From an uncultured Desulfobacterales bacterium (lineage in GTDB: Bacteria > Desulfobacterota > Dissulfuribacteria > Dissulfuribacterales > QOAL01): a DNA stretch of 64,000 nucleotides. The DNA is taken from NCBI GenBank assembly GCA_964573615.1, contig CAZNKD010000008.1, positions 12,026 through 76,025 of the forward strand, written 5' to 3'. A model generated the notes under the pieces. The model was not told where the DNA came from. It made no database searches and was given only the letters and a program-made list of their open reading frames with translations. Positions within the stretch are counted from its first letter, which is position 1. Each line of letters begins with the position of its first letter. Of this stretch, positions 22,067 through 30,128 are shown piece by piece. Position numbers and translations under genes: made by a program.

Positions 22067-22651
22067 TCAGATCCCTTTCCATGCCTCCATCTCATCCACC
22101 TGGAAACCCAAGAACTCGGCGATGCGGCATGCGAAGAACCTGGCCAGTTCATCTATGGATGACGGCCTGTGATAGAAGGCGGGCATGGCAGGGAATATGG
22201 TGCCTCCGGCATCGTGGAAGGCGAGCATGTTGCTCATATGAATCCTGTTCAATGGACTCTCCCTTACCACTGCCACTACCTGCCGCCGCTCCTTAAGGAA
22301 GCAGTCGGCTGCCCGGTGGATGAGATTTCGAGAGGCCCCGCTCATTATGGCCCCGAGTGTCCCCATGGTACAGGGCAGTATCACCATGGCCTTCCAGCGG
22401 CTCGATCCGCTGGCAGGGGCTGCACCAATGGCAGTGCTGGGATACTCCTGCTGGCAAAGGGCGCGGATGGCCCTGAGCCCTTCCGGCCCAAGTTCGTGTT
22501 CCAGCACCAGTGTTCCGGTCTCGGAGATCACGAGGTGCAGGGGCTGGCCCAGTCGTTCCATGAGCCGGGCGAACTCCAGGGCATATATGGAGCCGCTTGC
22601 CCCGGTGATGGCCAGGAGGAGTGGATGGCCTTCCTTGCGCTGCTCTGACAC
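22067..22651 (-). CDS. ubiX: Flavin prenyltransferase UbiX
   Basis: ITGASGSIYA, ASGS, PCTMGTLG, VRESP, PAMPAFYHRP. Confidence 0.93.
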   Translation of the reverse strand: MSEQRKEGHPLLLAITGASGSIYALEFARLMERLGQPLHLVISETGTLVLEHELGPEGLRAIRALCQQEYPSTAIGAAPASGSSRWKAMVILPCTMGTLGAIMSGASRNLIHRAADCFLKERRQVVAVVRESPLNRIHMSNMLAFHDAGGTIFPAMPAFYHRPSSIDELARFFACRIAEFLGFQVDEMEAWKGI

Positions 22652-22675
22652 TGCCAGTTTCCTTTTTTTGTTTCG

Positions 22676-24127
22676 TTACTTTTCAAGCCCCAGTTTTGGC
22701 CACAGGGCATCTATCTTCTTTCTAACCTCCGGGTCCATCTGGATCACCTCGGGCCAGTCGCGTTCAAAGCCCTCTTCCGGCCACTTCCTGGTGCAGTCTA
22801 TGCCCATCTTGCTCCCATAGTGGGTCATTGGAGCGGCATGGTCCAGGGCATCCACCGGCCCTCTGGTGAAGAAGATGTCCCTTTCAGGGTCGATGTTGTT
22901 CCCCAGCCGCCAGAGCACCTGTGAAAGGTCCTGGACGTCCACCTCTTTGTCAAAGATGCAGATTATCTTGCAGAACATCATCTGCCCCAGGCCCCAGAGG
23001 GCATTTACCACCTTGCGGGCGTGGCCCGGATATCGCTTGTCTATGGAGACTAAGGCCAGATTGTGAAAGACCCCCTCAAGAGGCAGGTTCATGTCCACTA
23101 TCTCAGGAAGTGTCTTCTTTATCATGGGCAGAAAGAGCCGTTCCGTCGCCTTGGCCATGTAGCAGTCCTCCTGCGGGGGCTGGCCGACTATGGTGGCAGG
23201 ATATATGGCGTCCTTCCTCATGGTCATGCAGGTTACATGGAAGACCGGATACTCGTCGGCCAGGGAGTAGTAGCCCGTGTGGTCCCCGAAAGGCCCTTCT
23301 ATCCGGCGCTCGCCAGGCTTCACATAGCCTTCCAGCACTATCTGGGAGTTTGCCGGCACCTCCAGATCGATGCTCCTGCACTTTACCAGCTCCACCGGGG
23401 CCTGGCGCAGAAATCCTGCAAAGGCCACCTCGTCCATGTCGTCCGGGAGCGGGGCCGTGGCCGCATAGGTCATGGCCGGATCCGGACCGATGGCAACGGC
23501 CACCTCCAGGATCTCTCCGCGCCTTTCCGCAATCCTGTAGTGGTGTGCTCCCCCCTTGTGGGTGTGCCAGTGCATGCCGGTGGTGTTCCTGTCATAGACC
23601 TGTATCCTATACATGCCCACGTTTCTGATCCCTGTTTCAGGGTCTTTGGTGAAGACCAGGGGCAGCGTGATGAACGGGCCACCATCATCGGGCCAGCACT
23701 TGAGGACGGGCAGCCTGCCCAGATCCACCTGCTCGCCCTCCAGCACCACTTCCTGACACGGGGCCTTTTTGACCATCCTTGGCATTATGTTGCTGAGGCG
23801 TTTGATCTTGGGGATGATCTTGAGCTTCTTGATAAGGGTGTCCGGCGCCTCCGCCTCCATGAAGTCCATCACTTCCTGGCCGAGGCTGTCGAGATCCGGA
23901 ACCTCCAGGGCCATGGACATCCGCTTGAAGGAGCCAAAGGCGTTCATGAGTACAGGCATGTCATAGCCCGGGACATTTTCAAACAACAGGGCAGGGCCGT
24001 AGAGTTTGCATACCCGGTCGGTTATCTCTGTTATCTCGAGCTCCGGGCTCACAGGGGCCTTGATCCTCTTGAGCTCTCCGGCCCTTTCAAGCTGTCTTAT
24101 GAATTCCTGCAGGTCGCTATATGCCAT
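22676..24127 (-). CDS. ubiD: UbiD-family prFMN decarboxylase (MqnL-like)
   Basis: GPALLFENV, RNVGMYR, IVLEG, EGPFGDHTGYYS; cotranscribed with ubiX. Confidence 0.94.
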   Translation of the reverse strand: MAYSDLQEFIRQLERAGELKRIKAPVSPELEITEITDRVCKLYGPALLFENVPGYDMPVLMNAFGSFKRMSMALEVPDLDSLGQEVMDFMEAEAPDTLIKKLKIIPKIKRLSNIMPRMVKKAPCQEVVLEGEQVDLGRLPVLKCWPDDGGPFITLPLVFTKDPETGIRNVGMYRIQVYDRNTTGMHWHTHKGGAHHYRIAERRGEILEVAVAIGPDPAMTYAATAPLPDDMDEVAFAGFLRQAPVELVKCRSIDLEVPANSQIVLEGYVKPGERRIEGPFGDHTGYYSLADEYPVFHVTCMTMRKDAIYPATIVGQPPQEDCYMAKATERLFLPMIKKTLPEIVDMNLPLEGVFHNLALVSIDKRYPGHARKVVNALWGLGQMMFCKIICIFDKEVDVQDLSQVLWRLGNNIDPERDIFFTRGPVDALDHAAPMTHYGSKMGIDCTRKWPEEGFERDWPEVIQMDPEVRKKIDALWPKLGLEK

Positions 24128-24367
24128 TTCCTGTCTTTATCTCCTCTTGGTGGGATGAATAACTGGCTCCATTCTACTATCTTGGGCCCCTGTTTCAATT
24201 GTTTAAGTGGTCCCTACAGGGCTGGCTCATCTCTGGAGGGCTTTCGTTTCGGCGGCCTTTTGCCCCCTTCGAGGGCCGGCGTTCAAAAGGTCCCTGAAAA
24301 TTGGACGAGCGGCGAAAACCTGTTGAAAAATAAGGGAAAGTGAGGGCTTTTGTCCCTTGAAATCCTG

Positions 24368-24396
24368 TTGACTGCCCATCTGCGATATGGTATATA
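24368..24396 (+). promoter_or_regulatory. Sigma70-type promoter of tRNA-Ala
   Basis: TTGACT-N17-TATATA, 14 nt before the tRNA. Confidence 0.7.
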
Positions 24397-24410
24397 GAGC
24401 GTCGCTTCAC

Positions 24411-24486
24411 GGGGCTGTAGCTCAGTTGGGAGAGCGCGTGAATGGCATTCACGAGGTCAGCGGTTCGATCCCGCTCAGCTCCACCA
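24411..24486 (+). tRNA. tRNA-Ala(GGC)
   Basis: 76-nt cloverleaf, anticodon loop ATGGCAT (A32-U38), G3:U70 identity pair, GGTTCGA T-loop, encoded CCA. Confidence 0.98.
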
Positions 24487-24496
24487 TGGAGATAGC

Positions 24497-24532
24497 AAGG
24501 GGGCTGTCAGGTATTTTGGCAGCCCCTTTTTT
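24497..24532 (+). terminator. Intrinsic terminator after tRNA-Ala
   Basis: GGGGCTGTCA...TGGCAGCCCC stem followed by T6. Confidence 0.8.
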
Positions 24533-24624
24533 ATCTGTGATTCCAGTCAGTTGATCTTCGATTTCCCCCTTTGTTCTCGTTTTCTTGAGTGCCTGTCAAA
24601 AGTGAATAAATATTCATTCATATA

Positions 24625-24653
24625 TTGACACCCTCATGGGCTTGTGATAATTT
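24625..24653 (+). promoter_or_regulatory. Sigma70-type promoter of the nuo operon
   Basis: TTGACA-N17-TAATTT with TGn extension. Confidence 0.6.
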
Positions 24654-24771
24654 CTGTCCAGAGTTTTCTGGGACCCCTTTTTCTTAAGGGAGAGCAACGG
24701 GGAGAACAATTTAATAATCAAACTTCACTTCGGCTGGCGTTGTGCTATGGCTGAGAGAGGAGGGCCATGAC

Positions 24772-25137
24772 ATGATGAGCGGTTTCGAGACCATCGTCAT
24801 GTATCTGGGGATGTCGCTGCTGGTAGTTCTGATCATGCTGGCTGTATCGGCAGCGCTGGGGCCGTTTCGCCCCAAGCCACGTAAGGCAACCACCTATGAA
24901 TGCGGTGTTCCGCTGCTGGATCCCGGGCACAAGCGCTACGCCGTCAAGTACTATCTGGTAGCCGTTCTGTTCCTGGTTTTCGATCTGGAAACCGTTCTTA
25001 TCTATCCCATTGCAGTGAAATACAAGGCCCTTGCCGCAGCCGGCTGGGGTGTTTTCTTCGAAGTCTTTATCTTTGTGGCGGTTCTTCTGGCCGGTCTCTA
25101 CTATGCCATAAAGAAGCGGGCCATAGATTGGGATTAG
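24772..25137 (+). CDS. nuoA: Complex I-like subunit A
   Basis: K...YECG, KYYLVAVLFLVFDLE, 3 TM; start at 24772 behind GAGGAGG. Confidence 0.93.
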   Translation: MMSGFETIVMYLGMSLLVVLIMLAVSAALGPFRPKPRKATTYECGVPLLDPGHKRYAVKYYLVAVLFLVFDLETVLIYPIAVKYKALAAAGWGVFFEVFIFVAVLLAGLYYAIKKRAIDWD

Positions 25138-25147
25138 GGGGCAACTT

Positions 25148-25663
25148 ATGGGACTTCAGGCTTATACAGGGCCGGGCTGGCTCTTGACCAAGGCCGAGCA
25201 GCTGATCAATTGGGGCAGGAGCAGGTCTCCCTGGCCGCTGCCCTACGGTACCGCGTGTTGCGGCATCGAGATGATGGCAGCCCTGGCTGCCAGCTATGAT
25301 ATGGCCAGGTTCGGTGCGGAGCGCCCGAGTTTTTCACCTCGCCAGGCAGACGTGCTCATAGAGGCCGGTACTATCACGAAGAAGATGGTTCCGGTCCTGC
25401 GCAGGATCTACGATCAGATGGCTGAGCCCAAATGGGTGATCGCCATGGGTGCCTGTGCCTGCACGGGGGGCGTCTTCAGGACATACTCCACCCAGCAGGG
25501 CATCAGCGAGGTGATCCCCGTGGATATCTACATCCCTGGTTGTCCGCCGAGGCCTGAAGGTCTGCTCTATGGCCTTCTCAGGCTCATGGACAAGATTCAG
25601 AAGGACCATCCCCTTTGGAAGCATCGCCAGGAAGTGGTCGAAGCATTAGGAGCAGAGTCATGA
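25148..25663 (+). CDS. nuoB: Complex I-like subunit B (N2 cluster)
   Basis: GTACCGIEMM, SPRQADV, MGACA, YIPGCPPRPE. Confidence 0.95.
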   Translation: MGLQAYTGPGWLLTKAEQLINWGRSRSPWPLPYGTACCGIEMMAALAASYDMARFGAERPSFSPRQADVLIEAGTITKKMVPVLRRIYDQMAEPKWVIAMGACACTGGVFRTYSTQQGISEVIPVDIYIPGCPPRPEGLLYGLLRLMDKIQKDHPLWKHRQEVVEALGAES

Positions 25664-26223
25664 CCCTGAGAGATCGAGTCGAAAAGTGTCTGCTCGGAGA
25701 TATCGTGGAGATAACCGAGTGCCAGGGCGACCTCTTCGTAGAGGTGGAGCGCAACAGGATTGTGGCCTGTCTCGAAAAACTCAAGGAGACCGAGGGGCTG
25801 GAGTTCGATTTCCTGAGCGATGTCGTGGGGGTTGACAACAGTGCCCTCTATGAAAAGGCCAAGAAGGCCAAGAAAAAGAAGAAGAAGGATGAGGAGGAGG
25901 AAGAGGCCGAACCTGTGAAGGAGGAGCCCACGCCTCCGCGCTTCGAGGTGATCTACCTGCTGCTGTCGCTAAAGAGCAACGAGCGTCTGGCAGTCAAGAT
26001 AAGGGTCCCGGAAGAGGACCCGGTAGTCGATACCGTAACCACCATCTGGCGGGCTGCCGATTGGCCTGAGCGTGAGGTGTATGACATGTTCGGTATCAAG
26101 TTCCGCGGCCATCACAACCTGAAACGTCTGCTCATGTGGGATGGCTTTGGTTCCTATCCGCTCAGGAAGGACTATCCGCTGGAAGGAAAGGGAGAAGAGC
26201 GCCATTTCGACTACTGTGACTGA
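25660..26223 (+). CDS. nuoC: Complex I-like subunit C with a charged insertion
   Basis: WPEREVYDMFGIKFRGH, PLRKDYP; ATG overlaps the nuoB stop (ATGA). Confidence 0.92.
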   Translation: MTLRDRVEKCLLGDIVEITECQGDLFVEVERNRIVACLEKLKETEGLEFDFLSDVVGVDNSALYEKAKKAKKKKKKDEEEEEAEPVKEEPTPPRFEVIYLLLSLKSNERLAVKIRVPEEDPVVDTVTTIWRAADWPEREVYDMFGIKFRGHHNLKRLLMWDGFGSYPLRKDYPLEGKGEERHFDYCD

Positions 26224-26297
26224 TTGATGTCGGGGCCCTACAGCCCTGTTTTTCTAATACCGCTGTTCTGAAACTGGCGGTTCGAGGGAGGGAGACT

Positions 26298-27440
26298 GTG
26301 TCATACGATCCTTTTAATCAGAATCATGAGCCGATAACTGGTGATTATGTAACCATCAATATCGGCCCGTCCCACCCGGCAATGCACGGAACCCTCCGTG
26401 TGGTTGCAAAGACCGACGGCGAGACCATCATCGAGGCAGAACCCGAGATCGGCTACCTCCATCGCGGGGTCGAGAAACTGGGAGAGCACCTCACCTATCA
26501 TCAGTTCATCCCCATTACAGACAGGCTCAACTACTGTAGCGCCATAGCCAACAATGTCGCCTATGAGAAGGCGGTGGAGAAACTCATGGGGATCGAGGTG
26601 CCGGAGAAGGCCCAGCTCGTCCGGGTGATCATGATGGAGTTGGCCCGTATCGCCGATCACCAGGTCTGTGTCGGTATCCTCGGCGTTGACCTTGGCGCCT
26701 TTACCCCGTTCTTCTATCTGATAATCCAGCGTGAGGAGATCTATGAGATCTTCGAGTGGTACAACGGGGCACGTCTCACCAATACCTTCGGCAGGATCGG
26801 CGGCCTGGATGCAGATCTTCCCGACATGTTCGATGCCAAGTGGAAGACCTTGAAAGATGGCATCAGGAAGGCCAACGACGAGACCGACAAGCTCCTGACC
26901 CACAACCGCATCTGGATGGATCGTACCATCGGGGTCAATCCCTTCTCGGCAGAGGATGCCCTGAACTACGGGTTCACCGGCCCCTGTCTCAGGGCATGCG
27001 GGGTCAAGAGGGACCTTCGCAAGGACGAGCCCTACTACATGTATGACAAGTTCGATTTCGAGATCCCCGTGGGCAAGCATGGCGACGTCTTCGACAGGTA
27101 CATGGTCCGCATGATCGAGATGGAGGAATCCATCAAGATCATCGACCAGGCCTATGCCATGTACAAGGAGATGCCCGCCGATGCGCCGCTCAAGGCCAAG
27201 GTGCCAAAGATCATAAAGCCGCCTGCAGGGGAGATCTACTCTGCCATAGAGTCCCCCAATGGAGAGCTTGGCTTCTACATAAAGAGTGACGGTACGGACA
27301 AGCCGTACCGCCTTAAGATAAGGCCGCCATGCTACATGGTCTATCAGGCGTTTCCGGACCTCGTTAAGGGAGAGATGATTGCTGACACCATAGCCTGTCT
27401 CAGCAGTCTCAACATCATTGCGGGCGAGCTGGACAGGTAA
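26298..27440 (+). CDS. nuoD: Complex I-like subunit D
   Basis: NIGPSHPAMHG, GYLHRGVEK, DRLNY, ESPNGELG, GELDR; no NiFe CxxC motifs. Confidence 0.95.
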   Translation: MSYDPFNQNHEPITGDYVTINIGPSHPAMHGTLRVVAKTDGETIIEAEPEIGYLHRGVEKLGEHLTYHQFIPITDRLNYCSAIANNVAYEKAVEKLMGIEVPEKAQLVRVIMMELARIADHQVCVGILGVDLGAFTPFFYLIIQREEIYEIFEWYNGARLTNTFGRIGGLDADLPDMFDAKWKTLKDGIRKANDETDKLLTHNRIWMDRTIGVNPFSAEDALNYGFTGPCLRACGVKRDLRKDEPYYMYDKFDFEIPVGKHGDVFDRYMVRMIEMEESIKIIDQAYAMYKEMPADAPLKAKVPKIIKPPAGEIYSAIESPNGELGFYIKSDGTDKPYRLKIRPPCYMVYQAFPDLVKGEMIADTIACLSSLNIIAGELDR

Positions 27441-27452
27441 GGAGGCTGACCC

Positions 27453-28493
27453 ATGGAAAACTGGGTAATCGCACTGATCAAGGTAGTATTCATCTGGACC
27501 TGGGCCCTCCTCATCGCCACCCTCATGACATGGGTGGAAAGAAGGGGCTCTGCCATGATGCAGGACCGCTTGGGCCCGAACCGTGCCGGCCCATTCGGCT
27601 TGTTTCAGCCCCTGGCAGACGGTATAAAGCTCTTCACCAAGGAGGACATAATCCCTGAGAAGGCAAGGAAGATCCTCTTTGCCCTGGGCCCGATCCTCTT
27701 TGCCCTGCCGGCCTTCTCCACTTATGCGGTCATCCCCTTCGGGGACAAGATGGTGGTGGATGGAAAGGAGATCATCCTCCAGGTCTCTGACGTGAGCATC
27801 GGCTTCCTCTATGTATTGGCCCTGGGCTCCATGGGGGTCTACGGAATGGTGGTCGGCGGCTGGGGCTCCAACAACAAGTATTCCATCCTGGGCGGTCTCC
27901 GCTCCACTGCTCAGCTCATATCCTACGAGGTGCCCTTCGGGCTGGCCCTGCTGGCCATAGTCTTGATCTACGGCACCTTCAGCCTGCGCGAGATATCTCT
28001 GGCCCAGCAGGGGACCTTCCTCGGCTTTCTGCCCAACTGGGGTGTTTTCAAGCAGCCTCTCGGATTCATCCTGTTCATGGTCACGGCCTATGCCGAGGCC
28101 AACAGGGTCCCCTTCGACCTGCCCGAGGCAGAGAGCGAGATCGTCGCGGGTTACCATACAGAGTACGGTTCCATGCGGCTCGGCCTCTATCTCTTTGGCG
28201 AGTACGTGAACCTCTATACGCTCTCAGCCCTTACTGTCACCCTGTTCTTTGGCTCATGGCACCTGCCCTATGTGGACATGAGCGCATTTCTCGGACCAAT
28301 CAGCTACGGGATAGCCTCGTTCCTGGTCTTCTTCCTGAAGACCGCCTTCTTCCTGTGGCTCTTTGTCTGGGTGCGCTGGACGGTGCCGCGCTTCAGGTAT
28401 GACCAGGTCATGGGGCTTGGCTGGAAGGCCCTTATCCCCCTGGCACTGGTGAACCTGTTCATTACCGCACTCTGTATCCAGTTAACCGTGTAG
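27453..28493 (+). CDS. nuoH: Complex I-like subunit H
   Basis: ERR...QDRLGPNR, QPLADGIKLFTKE, PFDLPEAESE, RFRYDQ. Confidence 0.96.
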   Translation: MENWVIALIKVVFIWTWALLIATLMTWVERRGSAMMQDRLGPNRAGPFGLFQPLADGIKLFTKEDIIPEKARKILFALGPILFALPAFSTYAVIPFGDKMVVDGKEIILQVSDVSIGFLYVLALGSMGVYGMVVGGWGSNNKYSILGGLRSTAQLISYEVPFGLALLAIVLIYGTFSLREISLAQQGTFLGFLPNWGVFKQPLGFILFMVTAYAEANRVPFDLPEAESEIVAGYHTEYGSMRLGLYLFGEYVNLYTLSALTVTLFFGSWHLPYVDMSAFLGPISYGIASFLVFFLKTAFFLWLFVWVRWTVPRFRYDQVMGLGWKALIPLALVNLFITALCIQLTV

Positions 28494-28506
28494 ACGGGAG
28501 CATGAG

Positions 28507-29250
28507 ATGTTGAAGCCAATACAAAAACCTGTAGTAAAGCGGGAATACACCTTCGGGGAGCGGATCTACCTCTGGGAGATCCTCAAGGGGCTCAAGCTGA
28601 CCTGGAAGCACTTCACGTTCAACGTGCGTGCCTCATTCAGGCCAGGGCCCCACACCGTGCCCACATGCTGGCAGTATCCAGAGGATAGGCGTCCGATAGC
28701 CCCGATCTTCAGGGGGGCGCACTATCTCGTCCTGGATGACGAGGGTCGGGAGCTCTGTGTGGGTTGCGGTATGTGCGCCAGGGCCTGCCCTGCAAAGTGC
28801 ATCACCGTAAAGAGGGGCAAGCCCGCAGAAGGGGAAGAGGGCAAGTATGCAGGAAAGACCATGTGCACCGAGTTCGAGATCGATATGCTCCGGTGCATCT
28901 TCTGCGGCTTCTGCGAAGAGGCCTGCCCCAAGGGGGCCATCAAGCTGGGGCCGGAGTACGAGCTTGCCGAGTACGACATGGACTCTTGCATCTACAACAA
29001 GGAAAAGCTCCTTGCCAACTTCCACAAGGCCAAGGCCGAGGGCAAGCTGAAACCGCCCAAGAAGCCTGTGCCTGTGGCTGGCGGAGACAAGAAACCCGCT
29101 GCCAAGAAGGCCGCAGGTGCAGCCAAGGGCAAGGCCGCTGCCAAGGCGGCTCCCAAGAAGGCGGCGGCAGCCAAGGCTGGTGGCGCCAAGGCAAAAGGGG
29201 CAAAGCCTGAGGCAAAGGCCGAGACCAAGGCAGAAGAGAAGAAAGAGTAA
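28507..29250 (+). CDS. nuoI: Complex I-like subunit I with Ala/Lys-rich C-terminal tail
   Basis: CVGCGMCARACP and CIFCGFCEEACP ferredoxin motifs. Confidence 0.94.
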   Translation: MLKPIQKPVVKREYTFGERIYLWEILKGLKLTWKHFTFNVRASFRPGPHTVPTCWQYPEDRRPIAPIFRGAHYLVLDDEGRELCVGCGMCARACPAKCITVKRGKPAEGEEGKYAGKTMCTEFEIDMLRCIFCGFCEEACPKGAIKLGPEYELAEYDMDSCIYNKEKLLANFHKAKAEGKLKPPKKPVPVAGGDKKPAAKKAAGAAKGKAAAKAAPKKAAAAKAGGAKAKGAKPEAKAETKAEEKKE

Positions 29251-29276
29251 AGTCGAGTAACCAGCAGGAGAGATAA

Positions 29277-29774
29277 ATGGATATCTACTTCCTTGTTTTT
29301 GCCATCATGGCCGTGGGTGCCGGGATATTCACCATAACGGCAAAGGATGCCCTGCCAAGCGCATTGGGGCTGCTTACGGTCTTCGTGGCCCTGGCCGCGC
29401 TCTATCTCCATCTCCATGCACCGCTTGTGGCCATCTTTCAGATCACCATCTATGCAGGGGCGATCCTTGTCCTGGTGGTCTTCGTCATCATGCTCTTGAT
29501 GGTGCCGGATGAGGAGCTGGAAAAGACCCAGCGGAACATGCCGTTTCGAATGACCGGTGCCTTCCTGGCCACCTACATGATCGTCCTGCTGCTCATCGGT
29601 ACGAAGAGCGTGACACAGCTGGTTCACCAGGAGAACCTGCCGGAGGGCTTCGGCCATCCGAGCATGTTCGGGGATCTTTTCTTCAAGGACTTTCTGCTCC
29701 ACTTCGAGGTGGCCTCAGTGCTCCTCCTGGTGGCCCTTATAGCCAGTATATACCTGGCCAAAAAGAAGATTTGA
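29277..29774 (+). CDS. nuoJ: Complex I-like subunit J
   Basis: QITIYAGAILVLVVFVIML, FEVASVLLLVAL. Confidence 0.92.
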   Translation: MDIYFLVFAIMAVGAGIFTITAKDALPSALGLLTVFVALAALYLHLHAPLVAIFQITIYAGAILVLVVFVIMLLMVPDEELEKTQRNMPFRMTGAFLATYMIVLLLIGTKSVTQLVHQENLPEGFGHPSMFGDLFFKDFLLHFEVASVLLLVALIASIYLAKKKI

Positions 29775-29787
29775 GGGGAGAGGGGAC

Positions 29788-30090
29788 ATGGCGCCTATCG
29801 AATACTACATAACCCTTTCTTGCATACTGTTTGGACTGGGGGCCATAGGCTTCCTCACAAGGAGGAATGCCATAATCCTTTTCATGTCCATCGAGCTCAT
29901 GCTCAACTCCATCAATCTAATGCTTACGGCCTTCTCCCACTTCAAGGCAGACATGGCCGGACAGGTAATGGTGCTGTTCATCTTTGCGGTGGCAGCAGCA
30001 GAGGTGGCGGTAGGACTTGCCATCCTCATCTGTCTGTTCAAGCACATAAAGTCGGTGGATATAACCAAGTTCAACCTGCTCAGATGGTAA
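29788..30090 (+). CDS. nuoK: Complex I-like subunit K
   Basis: RRN, SIELMLN, AAAEVAVGLAI. Confidence 0.95.
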   Translation: MAPIEYYITLSCILFGLGAIGFLTRRNAIILFMSIELMLNSINLMLTAFSHFKADMAGQVMVLFIFAVAAAEVAVGLAILICLFKHIKSVDITKFNLLRW

Positions 30091-30128
30091 TGGGCGAAAC
30101 TATAAGGTGAGGGAAAAAGGGAACAGTC

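Noticed and set aside
24316-24372. CCTGTTGA direct repeat / CCTGTTGAAAAA as an IS-end remnant
   Set aside because: Only 8 bp, no partner inverted end or transposase fragment; the second copy is the tRNA -35 box
24411-24486. tRNA-Ala as an island integration site
   Set aside because: No integrase nearby and no convincing duplicate of the tRNA 3' end; flanks are housekeeping genes
26298-27440. NuoD as a group 4 (Ech-like) hydrogenase large subunit
   Set aside because: No N-terminal RxCxxC or C-terminal DPCxxC motif
26301-28157. Long antisense ORFs (also 1063..2556, 23063..24343, 47740..49014, 30816..32141 and others)
   Set aside because: Shadow frames opposite well-supported genes, expected with high GC3; no motifs or RBS
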